Virus record (IMG/VR): IMGVR_UViG_3300036791_000154
Location: 1-52,616 of that record
Length of the DNA stretch: 52,616 nucleotides
Direction: 5' to 3' (one strand)
Source: a virus
Lineage: Duplodnaviria > Caudoviricetes
Part shown: piece by piece, positions 40,512 to 49,152 of the stretch
Numbering within the stretch: the first letter of the stretch is position 1
Layout of the letters: each line of letters opens with the position of its first letter
The notes under the pieces: generated by a model
The model's input: only the letters and a program-made list of their open reading frames with translations
Told to the model about the DNA's origin: nothing
Databases searched by the model: none
Translations under genes and position numbers: made by a program

Positions 40512-40645
40512 GACGTGCTCTTTCTAACGCACGGATTCTTTGTTACAGGATCTTTGTGCGGGTAAAGCTTGCCATACTTTGTAAGCGAAACTCGCTTGCT
40601 ACAATATGGGCATTTTGCAGTCTTTGGCTTTTCTGCTGTAAACAT
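40508..40645 (-). CDS. 45-aa Zn-finger-like protein (not in ORF track)
   Basis: MFTAEKPKTAKCPYCSKRVSLTKYGKLYPHKDPVTKNPCVRKSTS*; fills the gap between neighbours. Confidence 0.55.
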   Translation of the reverse strand: MFTAEKPKTAKCPYCSKRVSLTKYGKLYPHKDPVTKNPCVRKSTS

Positions 40646-40648
40646 TTT

Positions 40649-41635
40649 TTACGCCTCTTTCATTGCTATGCGATGATCGCTGTATGGATCGCGCTTGTTA
40701 TACATGGCATCTCGGTATTCTTGCCAATCGTCTCCAGAGCCGTGAAGCTGGCACATCGCAAAGAAATCACAATCCCACGAGCAATCTTGCATTGCTGTTT
40801 TCGTTATCCCTAACTCGCCATTGCGATAAGCGAGCATTAGCTTTACGTCATTGACAATTTCATTCTTTGTCATCTGACGTTGCCTATCATTGCGCCATAC
40901 TGGATGCCGCATAAATCGAGCCGTACCTTGGACCTTGCTTATTGATCCGTCTTTATTCAGATATTGCCCGCGTTCATTGCGTAGCCTGTCATCAGGCATT
41001 GCTTTGCGAAGAAAGTTGTACGTGATGCCTTCTAGCTTTTCATTGGGCTTCATAATCCCTTGAAATTTAAGGATATTCTCGGCCACCATGAAATACGAGC
41101 TTGCTTGCGTGTCAAGTTCGAGGTAGCCAATGTTGGGCAATTGCAATGCTGTCTTATGCTCCATCAGCCACAATTTCCCTGTTGCCGTATCACGGTAAAC
41201 GCCATCGAACGTACCAGCGTAAACAATGCGTCTGCCGAAATCGGCTTTGATTAATGCCTGGAATTGTTGCTCTGTTGCGATGACGTCCCATTCTTCATCA
41301 TCGCCGTATTCTTCGCGGTAAGAGTCAAGCATCGCAACGCCCATGTCACGCGCATTAACCCATTTTTCTTGATCGATCAAGCCGTTACTATTGCGAATGA
41401 ATGTCTCTTCACGACCAACAAAGCGCATCCATGTTTCTGCTGGATCAGTGCCTCGCTTGCTACCCGCTTGATACCATTCTGCGAGCGCTACATGGATGCC
41501 TGCACCGAACCAAAGTTTATTGTTAATCTCCTTTGGTACAAGGCCATTTCTCCATGCCCACCACCATTTCTGCGGGCATCGATGCAACGCAGTGCGCTCG
41601 CTAGTCCGCACAATGATTTCGTTATTCACTGTCAT
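40649..41635 (-). CDS. Cas4-like PD-(D/E)XK exonuclease
   Basis: RTSER..HRCP.KW, GTFDG, EHKT and C.WDC...C motifs. Confidence 0.85.
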   Translation of the reverse strand: MTVNNEIIVRTSERTALHRCPQKWWWAWRNGLVPKEINNKLWFGAGIHVALAEWYQAGSKRGTDPAETWMRFVGREETFIRNSNGLIDQEKWVNARDMGVAMLDSYREEYGDDEEWDVIATEQQFQALIKADFGRRIVYAGTFDGVYRDTATGKLWLMEHKTALQLPNIGYLELDTQASSYFMVAENILKFQGIMKPNEKLEGITYNFLRKAMPDDRLRNERGQYLNKDGSISKVQGTARFMRHPVWRNDRQRQMTKNEIVNDVKLMLAYRNGELGITKTAMQDCSWDCDFFAMCQLHGSGDDWQEYRDAMYNKRDPYSDHRIAMKEA

Positions 41636-41774
41636 TCTTTATCTCTTCCCAGAATGCAGCAATCTCGATTTCTTCCTGTGTGTCTGGGCGTGTGCGCTCG
41701 CGAGCAACGCTAAGCATTGCAACGCTGATAACGCAGCTAATGACTAACAGACTCGCCTCAATCAATAAGCCCAT
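41622..41774 (-). CDS. 50-aa membrane protein (not in ORF track)
   Basis: MGLLIEASLLVISCVISVAMLSVARER...; TAATG overlap with the upstream gene. Confidence 0.5.
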   Translation of the reverse strand: MGLLIEASLLVISCVISVAMLSVARERTRPDTQEEIEIAAFWEEIKNDSE

Positions 41775-42019
41775 TAGTTCAATCTCGCTTTTCTGTGTCG
41801 GCGGATATCCTCAGCGACCGCGTGAATGTACTGGACGAAATCTTCATCTAATATCAGAGTGATAATTTCGCCATCATCAGGCAATCGCATTTTGCCATCA
41901 TCGCCCAGCATGTTGATATGCCCGCAGTCAGTGCAAATGACGAAATCGCCTGGCTGCATTGGGTGAATCTCGCACGTTTCATGCTCCGTGCCGCATGCCG
42001 CGCATGGAAGCGTACTCAT
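41774..42019 (-). CDS. Small Zn-binding hypothetical protein
   Basis: CAACG...ICTDCG. Confidence 0.6.
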   Translation of the reverse strand: MSTLPCAACGTEHETCEIHPMQPGDFVICTDCGHINMLGDDGKMRLPDDGEIITLILDEDFVQYIHAVAEDIRRHRKARLN

Positions 42020-42390
42020 GCTGAATCATCTACCTCGATGTTTTGGCCATGCGTTAACAGCATTTGGCGGATAATGGCAAGCCGTAGTTCACCCTTATCA
42101 TCCTTGGACATTCTGCCCCAGGCTGGGATTAGATATCCCTCGCGATAGACGTAACGTCGCTTTAGAATATCCCCACTACGCCCACTAATCGTGCGATAAC
42201 GCCTGCTAAAGCAACGCGAGCAGCGCAAGATTTCTTCGATTAGCATGGACCTGCGATCAATCGATGCATCATAAGCACGCCATGAATGCCCCCAGTCACG
42301 ACATTCTTTAAAGCTCTGCTCCATGTTGGCAATAACGACGCTAACGTCAGCCTGCTGGACAACCTTTAGATGATTGCTTCGCTTAGCCAT
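42016..42390 (-). CDS. Conserved actinophage-type hypothetical protein
   Basis: CRDWGHSW...RCSRC..R...Y.Y..GY motif. Confidence 0.65.
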   Translation of the reverse strand: MAKRSNHLKVVQQADVSVVIANMEQSFKECRDWGHSWRAYDASIDRRSMLIEEILRCSRCFSRRYRTISGRSGDILKRRYVYREGYLIPAWGRMSKDDKGELRLAIIRQMLLTHGQNIEVDDSA

Positions 42391-42812
42391 TATGACGCCT
42401 TCCGAAAGACTTCTGGATGCCTAGACTTAACGTGTCCAGCTAATCCGCCACCAGCTTTAGCAACAAAGCCGCAACCCTTTACTGGACAAGGCTTCGGCGT
42501 GTCCTTGCGCGTCTTTCGCTGCGCTGGCTCGCTTGCGATTACCTCGCTCGTGATTTCCCTTGCTACCTTGGGTGAAACTCGCTTCGGCTTGGCGTCTTGC
42601 TTCGGCTTAGCATCTGGCTTAGCGCCAACGTCCAGCATGCATTCAAGCACTGGGCTTACAAGACTGGCGAAATGCTCTTGACATAGCATCAATTCTCGCG
42701 TTGTGTTTTTGATGCTTAGTACGCCAGTCCAGGATGATTCGACTTCCTCACCCTTAGCATTATGCACATCGCATAATTCCTGGACGATGATTTTTCTTGG
42801 CAACTTAGCCAT
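42390..42812 (-). CDS. Lsr2-like dimerisation domain fused to a C2H2 zinc finger
   Basis: N-terminus (IIVQELCD...LSIKNTTRELMLCQEH..L) resembles the Lsr2 N-domain; C-terminus is CPVKGCGF......L.GHVKSRH. Confidence 0.5.
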   Translation of the reverse strand: MAKLPRKIIVQELCDVHNAKGEEVESSWTGVLSIKNTTRELMLCQEHFASLVSPVLECMLDVGAKPDAKPKQDAKPKRVSPKVAREITSEVIASEPAQRKTRKDTPKPCPVKGCGFVAKAGGGLAGHVKSRHPEVFRKAS

Positions 42813-43039
42813 CCTCCCTGTTGCGCCTGTCTGACAGCCACAAAATGGCTCCCCAGATAATGAATGAAATCATTAGCATGATTGCTACTAACAACTTTCA
42901 CCTTATTCTATTGGGGGATTTAGGGTGCGCCTGTCCAAAACGCACCCACTCCCAAACCCTACTAAACATACCTACTTACTAGACAAACCCTACTCCCCTA
43001 GGGCAAAAAGGTATAGGTCCGTTACCGAACCGTTACCTT

Positions 43040-44878
43040 TTACCTGATACCTCCAATGATTGCCCGAATGTAATTATCGACGCCTCGCCTACCGTCAAGA
43101 ATTGCTTTTGTTATGGCTTCCTTTCTCCCTGTTACGTCACTGATGTATTCGTCGATAGTGTCCTTACACTTCAAGTAATAAATCGTGACTTGATGAATGC
43201 GACTAACGCGGTGGATACGATCTTCCAATTGCTCTTGATCGTCAGGCGTCCACGTTTCGTCAATGATGACAAGCTCATCGCAATAGGCATCGAGCGTGAT
43301 TGACACGCCTCCAGCGGTAGTGTTCATGAGCATTACGCGCGGTCCACCCGCTGCTTGCCAGCGACTAGTAACCGCTACCCTCTCAGATTCCCTTACTTCA
43401 CCAGTAATCTTTAGAGTTTCAACGCCGATTGAAGCTAACCATTCTTCGCAAGAATTGATGACTTGCGTAAACTGGCTTGCAATAACAATCTTGTTTTCAC
43501 CCTGTCGATCATCCTTTGGACCTGCGATGCCACGCTCTTCCAGCATCTCCAAAATCACCGATGCCTTACCGCTATGAATCGGCTCAAACATCGCTACTGG
43601 CTTAGGTGTCTGTACGGCTCGCCATGCGCAATTAGAGAATTGCTTTAAGCGAGTTATAACCGCGAGGATACCCACAGCGCTAAGGGCTTCATCTTCCATG
43701 TCGATAAGCTCAGCCATAGCCTTATCGCGCATCTGCACATACATTCGTTGCTGAGCGTCGGTCATATCGCAATACACCGTAATACGCTGCTTTGGCGGTA
43801 GCTCTTTTACAACTTCTGCCTTAGTGCGGCGCAGCATTACATCATCCAAGGATTTGAAGAATTCCTTTTCAGCGTAAGGCTTAACCTCACCGTAGGTAGT
43901 TCCCCAGCCGCTGTTATACATGACTAGGTATCTTTCAGCCCACTTCCAAAACGACGGATATTGCTCTGGCCTAAGCCAATGCAACGTACCCCACAGATTC
44001 TTAGGCTTACCCCGCATCGGTGTACCTGATAGCGCAATTTTCACGCCATCATTTGCAAGTTTAAGTCCAAGGATGCCTTTACCTACTTGCGTGACATCCT
44101 GCTTGCCTTTCACGCCGCTAAGATATTTGTGACTCTCGTCCAAGACAAGAGCTTGAAATTCTAGCTCGCATAAAAGCTGGTACTTTTTCTTTGCATCTCG
44201 CACCATTTCGGGATTCACCACTAGAATATGTGGCGATTCAGGGTTATCCAGATAGTGTTCAACCCACTGCTGGATGATTACCCCACGTGCATAAGCGGAA
44301 TCTCGCTTCTGTGGCACACCAATTACGGTGTACGCATCAGGCGCGTACTTTTTAAGCTCAGTATCCCAGACAGGACGTAATGACGTTAGCGGAGCAGCAA
44401 CTAGGATCAATCCTTGCCAACAATCGGCTTCGATCAATCCAGCTATTGCCTCTAACGTCTTGCCCAATCCTGGCTCATCCGCGATTAATGCTTGCCTTTG
44501 TTTTGCAATGAATTTCGCACCGACTTGCTGATATGTGCGCGTAGACATTGCTTCAACTAACCGCTGATGATTACCTAGCTTATCCAGTTTGGCTTCGCCA
44601 GCTTTCACCATCTCTGCAAGGGCATTCTCTTCTGCTATGGCGTCACGCGCCCAAGCATTGAGTTTCTTACCAATCTGCAATTCCTTATCGAAAAACTTTC
44701 GCAGATTACGGCACATATCAAGGGATAATGGCATATGCCAAAGTTCCCTTTTCTTGTCCCATCTTGCACCTAGGCGCCTAAAGTAATACTGATTACCGTA
44801 GGGTGTCTGAGCCCAGATTTCGCCATTGAAGATTTCGACCTTAACGATTCTTTCTGGATCTACGTTGTCGTCAGCCAC
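43040..44878 (-). CDS. SNF2-family helicase
   Basis: ADEPGLGKT, LDESH, LSGTP, LRRTK and QLEDRIHR motifs; likely GTG start at 44878. Confidence 0.9.
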   Translation of the reverse strand: MADDNVDPERIVKVEIFNGEIWAQTPYGNQYYFRRLGARWDKKRELWHMPLSLDMCRNLRKFFDKELQIGKKLNAWARDAIAEENALAEMVKAGEAKLDKLGNHQRLVEAMSTRTYQQVGAKFIAKQRQALIADEPGLGKTLEAIAGLIEADCWQGLILVAAPLTSLRPVWDTELKKYAPDAYTVIGVPQKRDSAYARGVIIQQWVEHYLDNPESPHILVVNPEMVRDAKKKYQLLCELEFQALVLDESHKYLSGVKGKQDVTQVGKGILGLKLANDGVKIALSGTPMRGKPKNLWGTLHWLRPEQYPSFWKWAERYLVMYNSGWGTTYGEVKPYAEKEFFKSLDDVMLRRTKAEVVKELPPKQRITVYCDMTDAQQRMYVQMRDKAMAELIDMEDEALSAVGILAVITRLKQFSNCAWRAVQTPKPVAMFEPIHSGKASVILEMLEERGIAGPKDDRQGENKIVIASQFTQVINSCEEWLASIGVETLKITGEVRESERVAVTSRWQAAGGPRVMLMNTTAGGVSITLDAYCDELVIIDETWTPDDQEQLEDRIHRVSRIHQVTIYYLKCKDTIDEYISDVTGRKEAITKAILDGRRGVDNYIRAIIGGIR

Positions 44879-45059
44879 GATTATCACTGACAAACAACTT
44901 GCTGATTTGGCAGATGCGCAAAGCACATTTGCCATCAACGTTGACCCAGATTACCTTGCCATCTTCCCTGAATTCGACTTCTACGATGTCGGGAGCAGTA
45001 ATATCTAGCATCCCTTCACTGTAGTTATATCGTCCAGGTAATACTGGCTCGTTATTCAT
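44871..45059 (-). CDS. Hypothetical protein
   Basis: ORF after a GGGAGGCAC RBS hairpin. Confidence 0.65.
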   Translation of the reverse strand: MNNEPVLPGRYNYSEGMLDITAPDIVEVEFREDGKVIWVNVDGKCALRICQISKLFVSDNRG

Positions 45060-45148
45060 TCAGTGCCTCCCAACACTAAGGTCTGACTATCGATTTGATA
45101 GCCATGAAAAGCAGCAAACTAGTTGCTGCTAATCATGAACATCATTCG

Positions 45149-45559
45149 TTAGAAAACGTCATCTCCAGAATCAAGCTCGCGCAATAATTCGCGCGCACGC
45201 TCAACACGCGCCTCCATTCTGGCTCGCTGCTCTGCTAATTTTGCCGCTCGGGCCTTGTCTTTCTCCAAATGCTCTTCTGCCTCTTTTGCAGTCATCGGCT
45301 TATAGCGCTCTGGATCTATGTCTGCCGATATCTCGAATAGAACATCATTCGCGACGATATCAGCAGGCACATTTGTGCTCCAGAACCAATCGCCTTCAAG
45401 GCCATTAAGCAATAGCACGACTAGCGCTTTTTCAAGCTCATTGTCATACGCGCCTTGGGCTTGCAGACTGTTGTAAACCTCCGAACAACGTTGCTGAGCC
45501 GAACCGTTAGGCGCGTACTTTTGCAAAATCCCCAGTAACGCATAGGCATTTTCATTCAT
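45149..45559 (-). CDS. Early-region hypothetical protein
   Basis: 136 aa, C-terminal coiled coil, ATGA overlap. Confidence 0.65.
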   Translation of the reverse strand: MNENAYALLGILQKYAPNGSAQQRCSEVYNSLQAQGAYDNELEKALVVLLLNGLEGDWFWSTNVPADIVANDVLFEISADIDPERYKPMTAKEAEEHLEKDKARAAKLAEQRARMEARVERARELLRELDSGDDVF

Positions 45560-45894
45560 CGGTCATACTCCAGACGCTTGCCTGAGCCTTTAATGCGATC
45601 GTTGGCAGCATCAATCAATTGATATATCGACTTGCCAGTCATCTGGGTATACGCTCGCGCATACCCTTCTAACCAACCTTTTCGATATTCAGTCGATTGA
45701 TCGAATCCAGCAGTCATCACGATTAACGAGATGGTTTGAGCGAATGTTTTTTCGATCAATCCATTGATACCCGTTCTATCGGGAGTATCTGCCCGCGACT
45801 TGTTTGGAGAGCCATACCACGATTCATTGGCGAATTGATCTTCGCCATAGTTCCCAGTGATGTGGCGGTCCAGTGACTCTTGCCATCGTTCCAT
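45556..45894 (-). CDS. Early-region hypothetical protein
   Basis: LDRHITGNYGEDQF motif; SD hairpin upstream. Confidence 0.7.
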   Translation of the reverse strand: MERWQESLDRHITGNYGEDQFANESWYGSPNKSRADTPDRTGINGLIEKTFAQTISLIVMTAGFDQSTEYRKGWLEGYARAYTQMTGKSIYQLIDAANDRIKGSGKRLEYDR

Positions 45895-45920
45895 GTGCGC
45901 CTCCCTGACGCTATTCTGAT

Positions 45921-45979
45921 GGTCTCATCAGACAAGCATTTAGCTTGTGACACCCTTACAAAATAAGGGTGTTTCGACC
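45921..45979 (-). ncRNA. Type II hammerhead ribozyme HHR1
   Basis: GGUC-GAAA-CACCCUUA(UUUUG)UAAGGGUG-UC^-ACAAGC(UAAAU)GCUUGU-CUGAUGA-GACC; predicted cut between 45949 and 45948. Confidence 0.93.
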
Positions 45980-46228
45980 TTAGATCGGCAACGATCGATC
46001 ATCCGCGCGCATGATATCCGCATAGTTATCGTGAATGTATGCATGAATACGTGACGCCTCATGCGTTGCATCCGCGATGACATCGTCCAGAGTGCTTGCC
46101 CTGACGTTATCGGCACTTCTGCCATTCTGCATGCCGCTAGCGCGAATAGCCTCTTGAATAAAGGCTAACTCTTCGGCGTCCAATGAAATCATCGTTGTGA
46201 CGACAACTTCATTCTTGAAGCTTGCCAT
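45980..46228 (-). CDS. Early-region hypothetical protein
   Basis: Start MASFKNE after GGGAGGCACA; the stop TAA abuts HHR1. Confidence 0.7.
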   Translation of the reverse strand: MASFKNEVVVTTMISLDAEELAFIQEAIRASGMQNGRSADNVRASTLDDVIADATHEASRIHAYIHDNYADIMRADDRSLPI

Positions 46229-46256
46229 TGTGCCTCCCAGCACTAGTGTTTCTGAT

Positions 46257-46315
46257 GGTCTCATCAGCGCACGATTAACGCGCGGACACCCTTACGCTTA
46301 AAGGGTGTTTCGACC
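46257..46315 (-). ncRNA. Type II hammerhead ribozyme HHR2
   Basis: GGUC-GAAA-CACCCUU(UAAGCGU)AAGGGUG-UC^-CGCGCG(UUAAU)CGUGCG-CUGAUGA-GACC; cut 46285/46284. Confidence 0.93.
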
Positions 46316-46325
46316 TTTCGCGCAT

Positions 46326-46366
46326 AACAAAAGCGAGCCAACCCAAGTTAGGCTGACTCGCTTTTG
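46326..46366 (-). terminator. Intrinsic terminator-like hairpin
   Basis: GCGAGUCAGCCU(AACUU)GGGUUGGCUCGC followed by UUUUGUU, about 25 nt after the 46392 stop. Confidence 0.65.
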
Positions 46367-46391
46367 CTACGCGACTTTTGCAGAAAAGCCT

Positions 46392-46949
46392 TTAGAATGC
46401 TGGCTCTTCTTGGGGTGCTGGCTCTGCGGGAGTCTCTGCGGTAGCAGCTTCGCCCGCTTGTCCAGCAGCCATTTTCGCCTGCAATTCGCGGACACGCGCG
46501 GCACGTTCGGCGTAACGCTTCGCCTGCGCTTCCAGTTGCTTCATCCGCTTTTCGTCCTTTGCCAATTGCGCGGCAGCCTCTTCTGGGGTTGTCGGCAAAG
46601 GCTCTTCCTTTGGACGCGGTCCCGCTGCTTCCAACTCTTCCGAAAGCTTGATGAATTCATCCGTCTTTCGGAAGACCTGATAAAGCGCCTGGCAAGCAAC
46701 GATAGTCGCCATGTCCATGGTGTACTTTTCGTTGCTTTCGCGATTGATCCAATTGGCAAAGGCAACGTGTTTCGGCGCATTCCAATTACGCTTCATCGCC
46801 TTGTCAATTGTCGTCGCGAAATCGGCGTCAACTTCTGTCGCCTCTTCGGTGTGATCCGCTTTTGCTTCGGTGCTCGCAGCATTAGCAGCATCGGTGCTCG
46901 CATCGGTGCTAGGTGCATCGGTGCTCGCGATGTCGGCAACGTCTGTCAT
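46392..46949 (-). CDS. Acidic Ala-rich coiled-coil hypothetical protein
   Basis: 185 aa with ASTDA repeats; SD hairpin and a long structured leader upstream. Confidence 0.75.
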   Translation of the reverse strand: MTDVADIASTDAPSTDASTDAANAASTEAKADHTEEATEVDADFATTIDKAMKRNWNAPKHVAFANWINRESNEKYTMDMATIVACQALYQVFRKTDEFIKLSEELEAAGPRPKEEPLPTTPEEAAAQLAKDEKRMKQLEAQAKRYAERAARVRELQAKMAAGQAGEAATAETPAEPAPQEEPAF

Positions 46950-47065
46950 TTCCTACCTCCCAGTAGGTTCTAGCTAGCCTGTCTGACTAGCTCCTATCAA
47001 TGCTGACACTAGCGGTTAGAGTGCTAATCCGCTAGACCTTATCGCCAATTTTTCTAGCTCATTTT

Positions 47066-47124
47066 GGTCTCGTCAGTGTGCGCGTTACGCACAGACACCC
47101 TTTGTTACTAAGGGTGTTTCGACC
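47066..47124 (-). ncRNA. Type II hammerhead ribozyme HHR3
   Basis: GGUC-GAAA-CACCCUU(AGUAACA)AAGGGUG-UC^-UGUGCG(UAACG)CGCACA-CUGACGA-GACC. The only core change is at the variable position 7. Cut 47094/47093. Confidence 0.93.
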
Positions 47125-47132
47125 TAGCTTGC

Positions 47133-47288
47133 TTAGGCTTCTAATGCCGCTAGTAGCTTGCGGCACCTATCGGAAACATTCCCACGATTAGTGCCTAACC
47201 GCGTGAATTCCAACGCTTGCATCATCGTTCGATATTCAGCGTTGCTAAGCACAATCACCTTGTTTCCAGTGGCAATCCGCGTTGCCAT
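47133..47288 (-). CDS. Early-region hypothetical protein
   Basis: Start MATRIATG overlaps the upstream stop (TGATG). Confidence 0.55.
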   Translation of the reverse strand: MATRIATGNKVIVLSNAEYRTMMQALEFTRLGTNRGNVSDRCRKLLAALEA

Positions 47289-47584
47289 CACTTTTGCCCT
47301 TTGAATATAGGGCATGTTTCCAAGTGTGGCTCAGTGTGGCATTCATACAATGATGAAAGCGCAAATTCATTGGCTTCTAGATAAGCGTTTTTCTCTTCTC
47401 CAGAGGCCATGCCTGCGTATTTCTCAGTCATCGCATCAATGTATTTCCAATCACCCTGGCTCATGATGCATTCGATTTCAGCGATCTTTTCGGCTTCTGA
47501 GTCATTCGCCCAGGCATATTTCAATAGCCATTCGCGAATTTCTGCCTCCAAGAACACTGGCTTGTCTGATTCATTTTCAGTCAT
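47288..47584 (-). CDS. Early-region acidic hypothetical protein
   Basis: 98 aa; TGATG coupling at both ends. Confidence 0.65.
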   Translation of the reverse strand: MTENESDKPVFLEAEIREWLLKYAWANDSEAEKIAEIECIMSQGDWKYIDAMTEKYAGMASGEEKNAYLEANEFALSSLYECHTEPHLETCPIFKGQK

Positions 47585-47820
47585 CAGACGCGCCTATCTT
47601 CTGGACCGCCGAGCTTCGCAATATGCGCATTAAGATCAGCTAGCGCACCCTTGCGAGTGCGAGCTTTCGTAATGCCCTGTCGCTGTAACGCCTTTAGCGT
47701 TGACTGACGAAACATGATGCCCTTGATTTCCAAGTGCAATCGTCCGCGCATGCTCAGCAGTGCGAACATATTGATTTCGTCTGGCGTGTCCAGGATAATG
47801 TCGCCATTATCGTTAATCAT
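47584..47820 (-). CDS. Early-region hypothetical protein
   Basis: 78 aa, L.LEIKG motif; SD hairpin upstream. Confidence 0.7.
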   Translation of the reverse strand: MINDNGDIILDTPDEINMFALLSMRGRLHLEIKGIMFRQSTLKALQRQGITKARTRKGALADLNAHIAKLGGPEDRRV

Positions 47821-47907
47821 TTGTGCCTCCCTGACACTTGTAATTGATCTTGCTTATCCTAATCGGATAGGGAATCACCCACATTCCATGGGTAATTCGC
47901 AATCGGA

Positions 47908-48105
47908 TTAGTTGTCAGCTAATGCCTTGTCACCCTCAATAGCGCCAACTAGCAGCGCATCAGAAAGCGAGCAATAACGTCCAACAGCGGTTAGCGTAAC
48001 CGAACCGTCGGAATTCCAAGACATCTTCGATAGTGTTGCCGTAGCGTCACCATCTCTCTGAATTACAGCATGACTTTCGCCGTAATAGATTATGCCTTTT
48101 TGCAT
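47908..48105 (-). CDS. Early-region hypothetical protein
   Basis: 65 aa; SD hairpin upstream. Confidence 0.65.
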   Translation of the reverse strand: MQKGIIYYGESHAVIQRDGDATATLSKMSWNSDGSVTLTAVGRYCSLSDALLVGAIEGDKALADN

Positions 48106-48144
48106 TTTGTGCCTCCCATGACACTGGTATTTCTAATTTCTGAT

Positions 48145-48203
48145 GGTCTCATCAGTGACGCATTAAGCGTCAGACACCCTTACGAACAAAGGGTGTTTCG
48201 ACC
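48145..48203 (-). ncRNA. Type II hammerhead ribozyme HHR4
   Basis: GGUC-GAAA-CACCCUU(UGUUCGU)AAGGGUG-UC^-UGACGC(UUAAU)GCGUCA-CUGAUGA-GACC; cut 48173/48172. Confidence 0.93.
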
Positions 48204-48205
48204 TT

Positions 48206-48706
48206 TCACCAATCGTATTTTTTAGCGCAGATTGGTCCAATACCGCGTGCAATCGACTCAGGATCGGTTAGCGGACTACCGCAAATACCGCATGCGCCAA
48301 CCTGCATTCCAAACGCCTGACTCGCAAGCGCAGGATCTTTTACGATTTCCGCGACAGCAAATCGCCAATCGGCAGCGCTAACGCGCGTGTACCGGAAATC
48401 GCCAGGGCTTCCAAGAACCTTTTGCACATAACGTCTTCCGTTATTGCGCGAGGTAGTAACCCTAAAGAAACGCCAGGTGTTGTCAGTACCGACAATCGCG
48501 TAACGACCATCGGGAATCGTGTCAGGCACAATCCAAGAAGTTGCCTTCTTAGGCATGCCTAAAAGCTGCTCAATAATCGTGCTAGCAGCAACGCGATCCA
48601 GATTTGGCCGTAACTCAGCGAGCTTTATCACGTAGTCAGCGGGTATTTCTCTACCCTCCAACAGACTATCGATAAAAGCGCTCTGCTTTTCGGTTACATC
48701 AGCCAT
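48206..48706 (-). CDS. DUF6011-type Zn-ribbon protein
   Basis: C-terminal CGICGSPLTDPESIARGIGPICA; start MADVTEKQ after the SD hairpin. Confidence 0.75.
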   Translation of the reverse strand: MADVTEKQSAFIDSLLEGREIPADYVIKLAELRPNLDRVAASTIIEQLLGMPKKATSWIVPDTIPDGRYAIVGTDNTWRFFRVTTSRNNGRRYVQKVLGSPGDFRYTRVSAADWRFAVAEIVKDPALASQAFGMQVGACGICGSPLTDPESIARGIGPICAKKYDW

Positions 48707-48752
48707 TGTGTTTGTGCCTCCCATGACACAGTGCAATAGAGTGACTATTGCT

Positions 48753-48811
48753 CATCTCATCAGACAAGTAACTAACTTGTGACACCCTTATTTCGTAAGG
48801 GTGTTTCGATG
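48753..48811 (-). ncRNA. Type II hammerhead ribozyme HHR5
   Basis: CAUC-GAAA-CACCCUUA(CGAAA)UAAGGGUG-UC^-ACAAGU(UAGUU)ACUUGU-CUGAUGA-GAUG. Stem II covaries (CAUC/GAUG). Cut 48781/48780. Confidence 0.92.
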
Positions 48812-48816
48812 TTTGG

Positions 48817-49113
48817 CTATCGATACGTAACGCCGTTATGTATCGCGAATTCGCCGATTTGCGACTGTCGCGCAATCTCGGTAATTGGCCACCATGTCTC
48901 GAAGCCGTTTACCAACGTGACTCGCACGTAGCAATCTCTGACGTCATCGGGACGCGGCGAATCGTTGTCTCCAGAAAGGTAGCGAAGCGTACCCTCTGCG
49001 ATTTCACCGCCCGGCATGTATCGCCTGACTTTTGCGTTATGCATAAGCGCGCGCATGACATCAGCTAAGCCGTAAACTTCACCTGGCGTTAGCGGACCAT
49101 GATTTTTAGACAT
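48817..49113 (-). CDS. Early-region hypothetical protein
   Basis: Start MSKNHGP after GGGAGGCACA. Confidence 0.7.
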   Translation of the reverse strand: MSKNHGPLTPGEVYGLADVMRALMHNAKVRRYMPGGEIAEGTLRYLSGDNDSPRPDDVRDCYVRVTLVNGFETWWPITEIARQSQIGEFAIHNGVTYR

Positions 49114-49152
49114 TGTGCCTCCCTGGCACTCACTGCGAAGCGATCGCAGGAA

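Noticed and set aside
44831-44874. CTGACGA...GGTCGAAA on the minus strand at the helicase start, resembling a hammerhead
   Set aside because: Stem II cannot form (C opposite C at 10.1/11.1), there is no matching stem III or cleavage triplet, and it lies in coding sequence.
46229-46264. ORF-track N-terminal extensions (46264, also 48736 and 49185)
   Set aside because: These starts fall inside the ribozymes or leader hairpins. The downstream ATGs at 46228, 48706 and 49113 have well-placed GGGAGG SD sequences.
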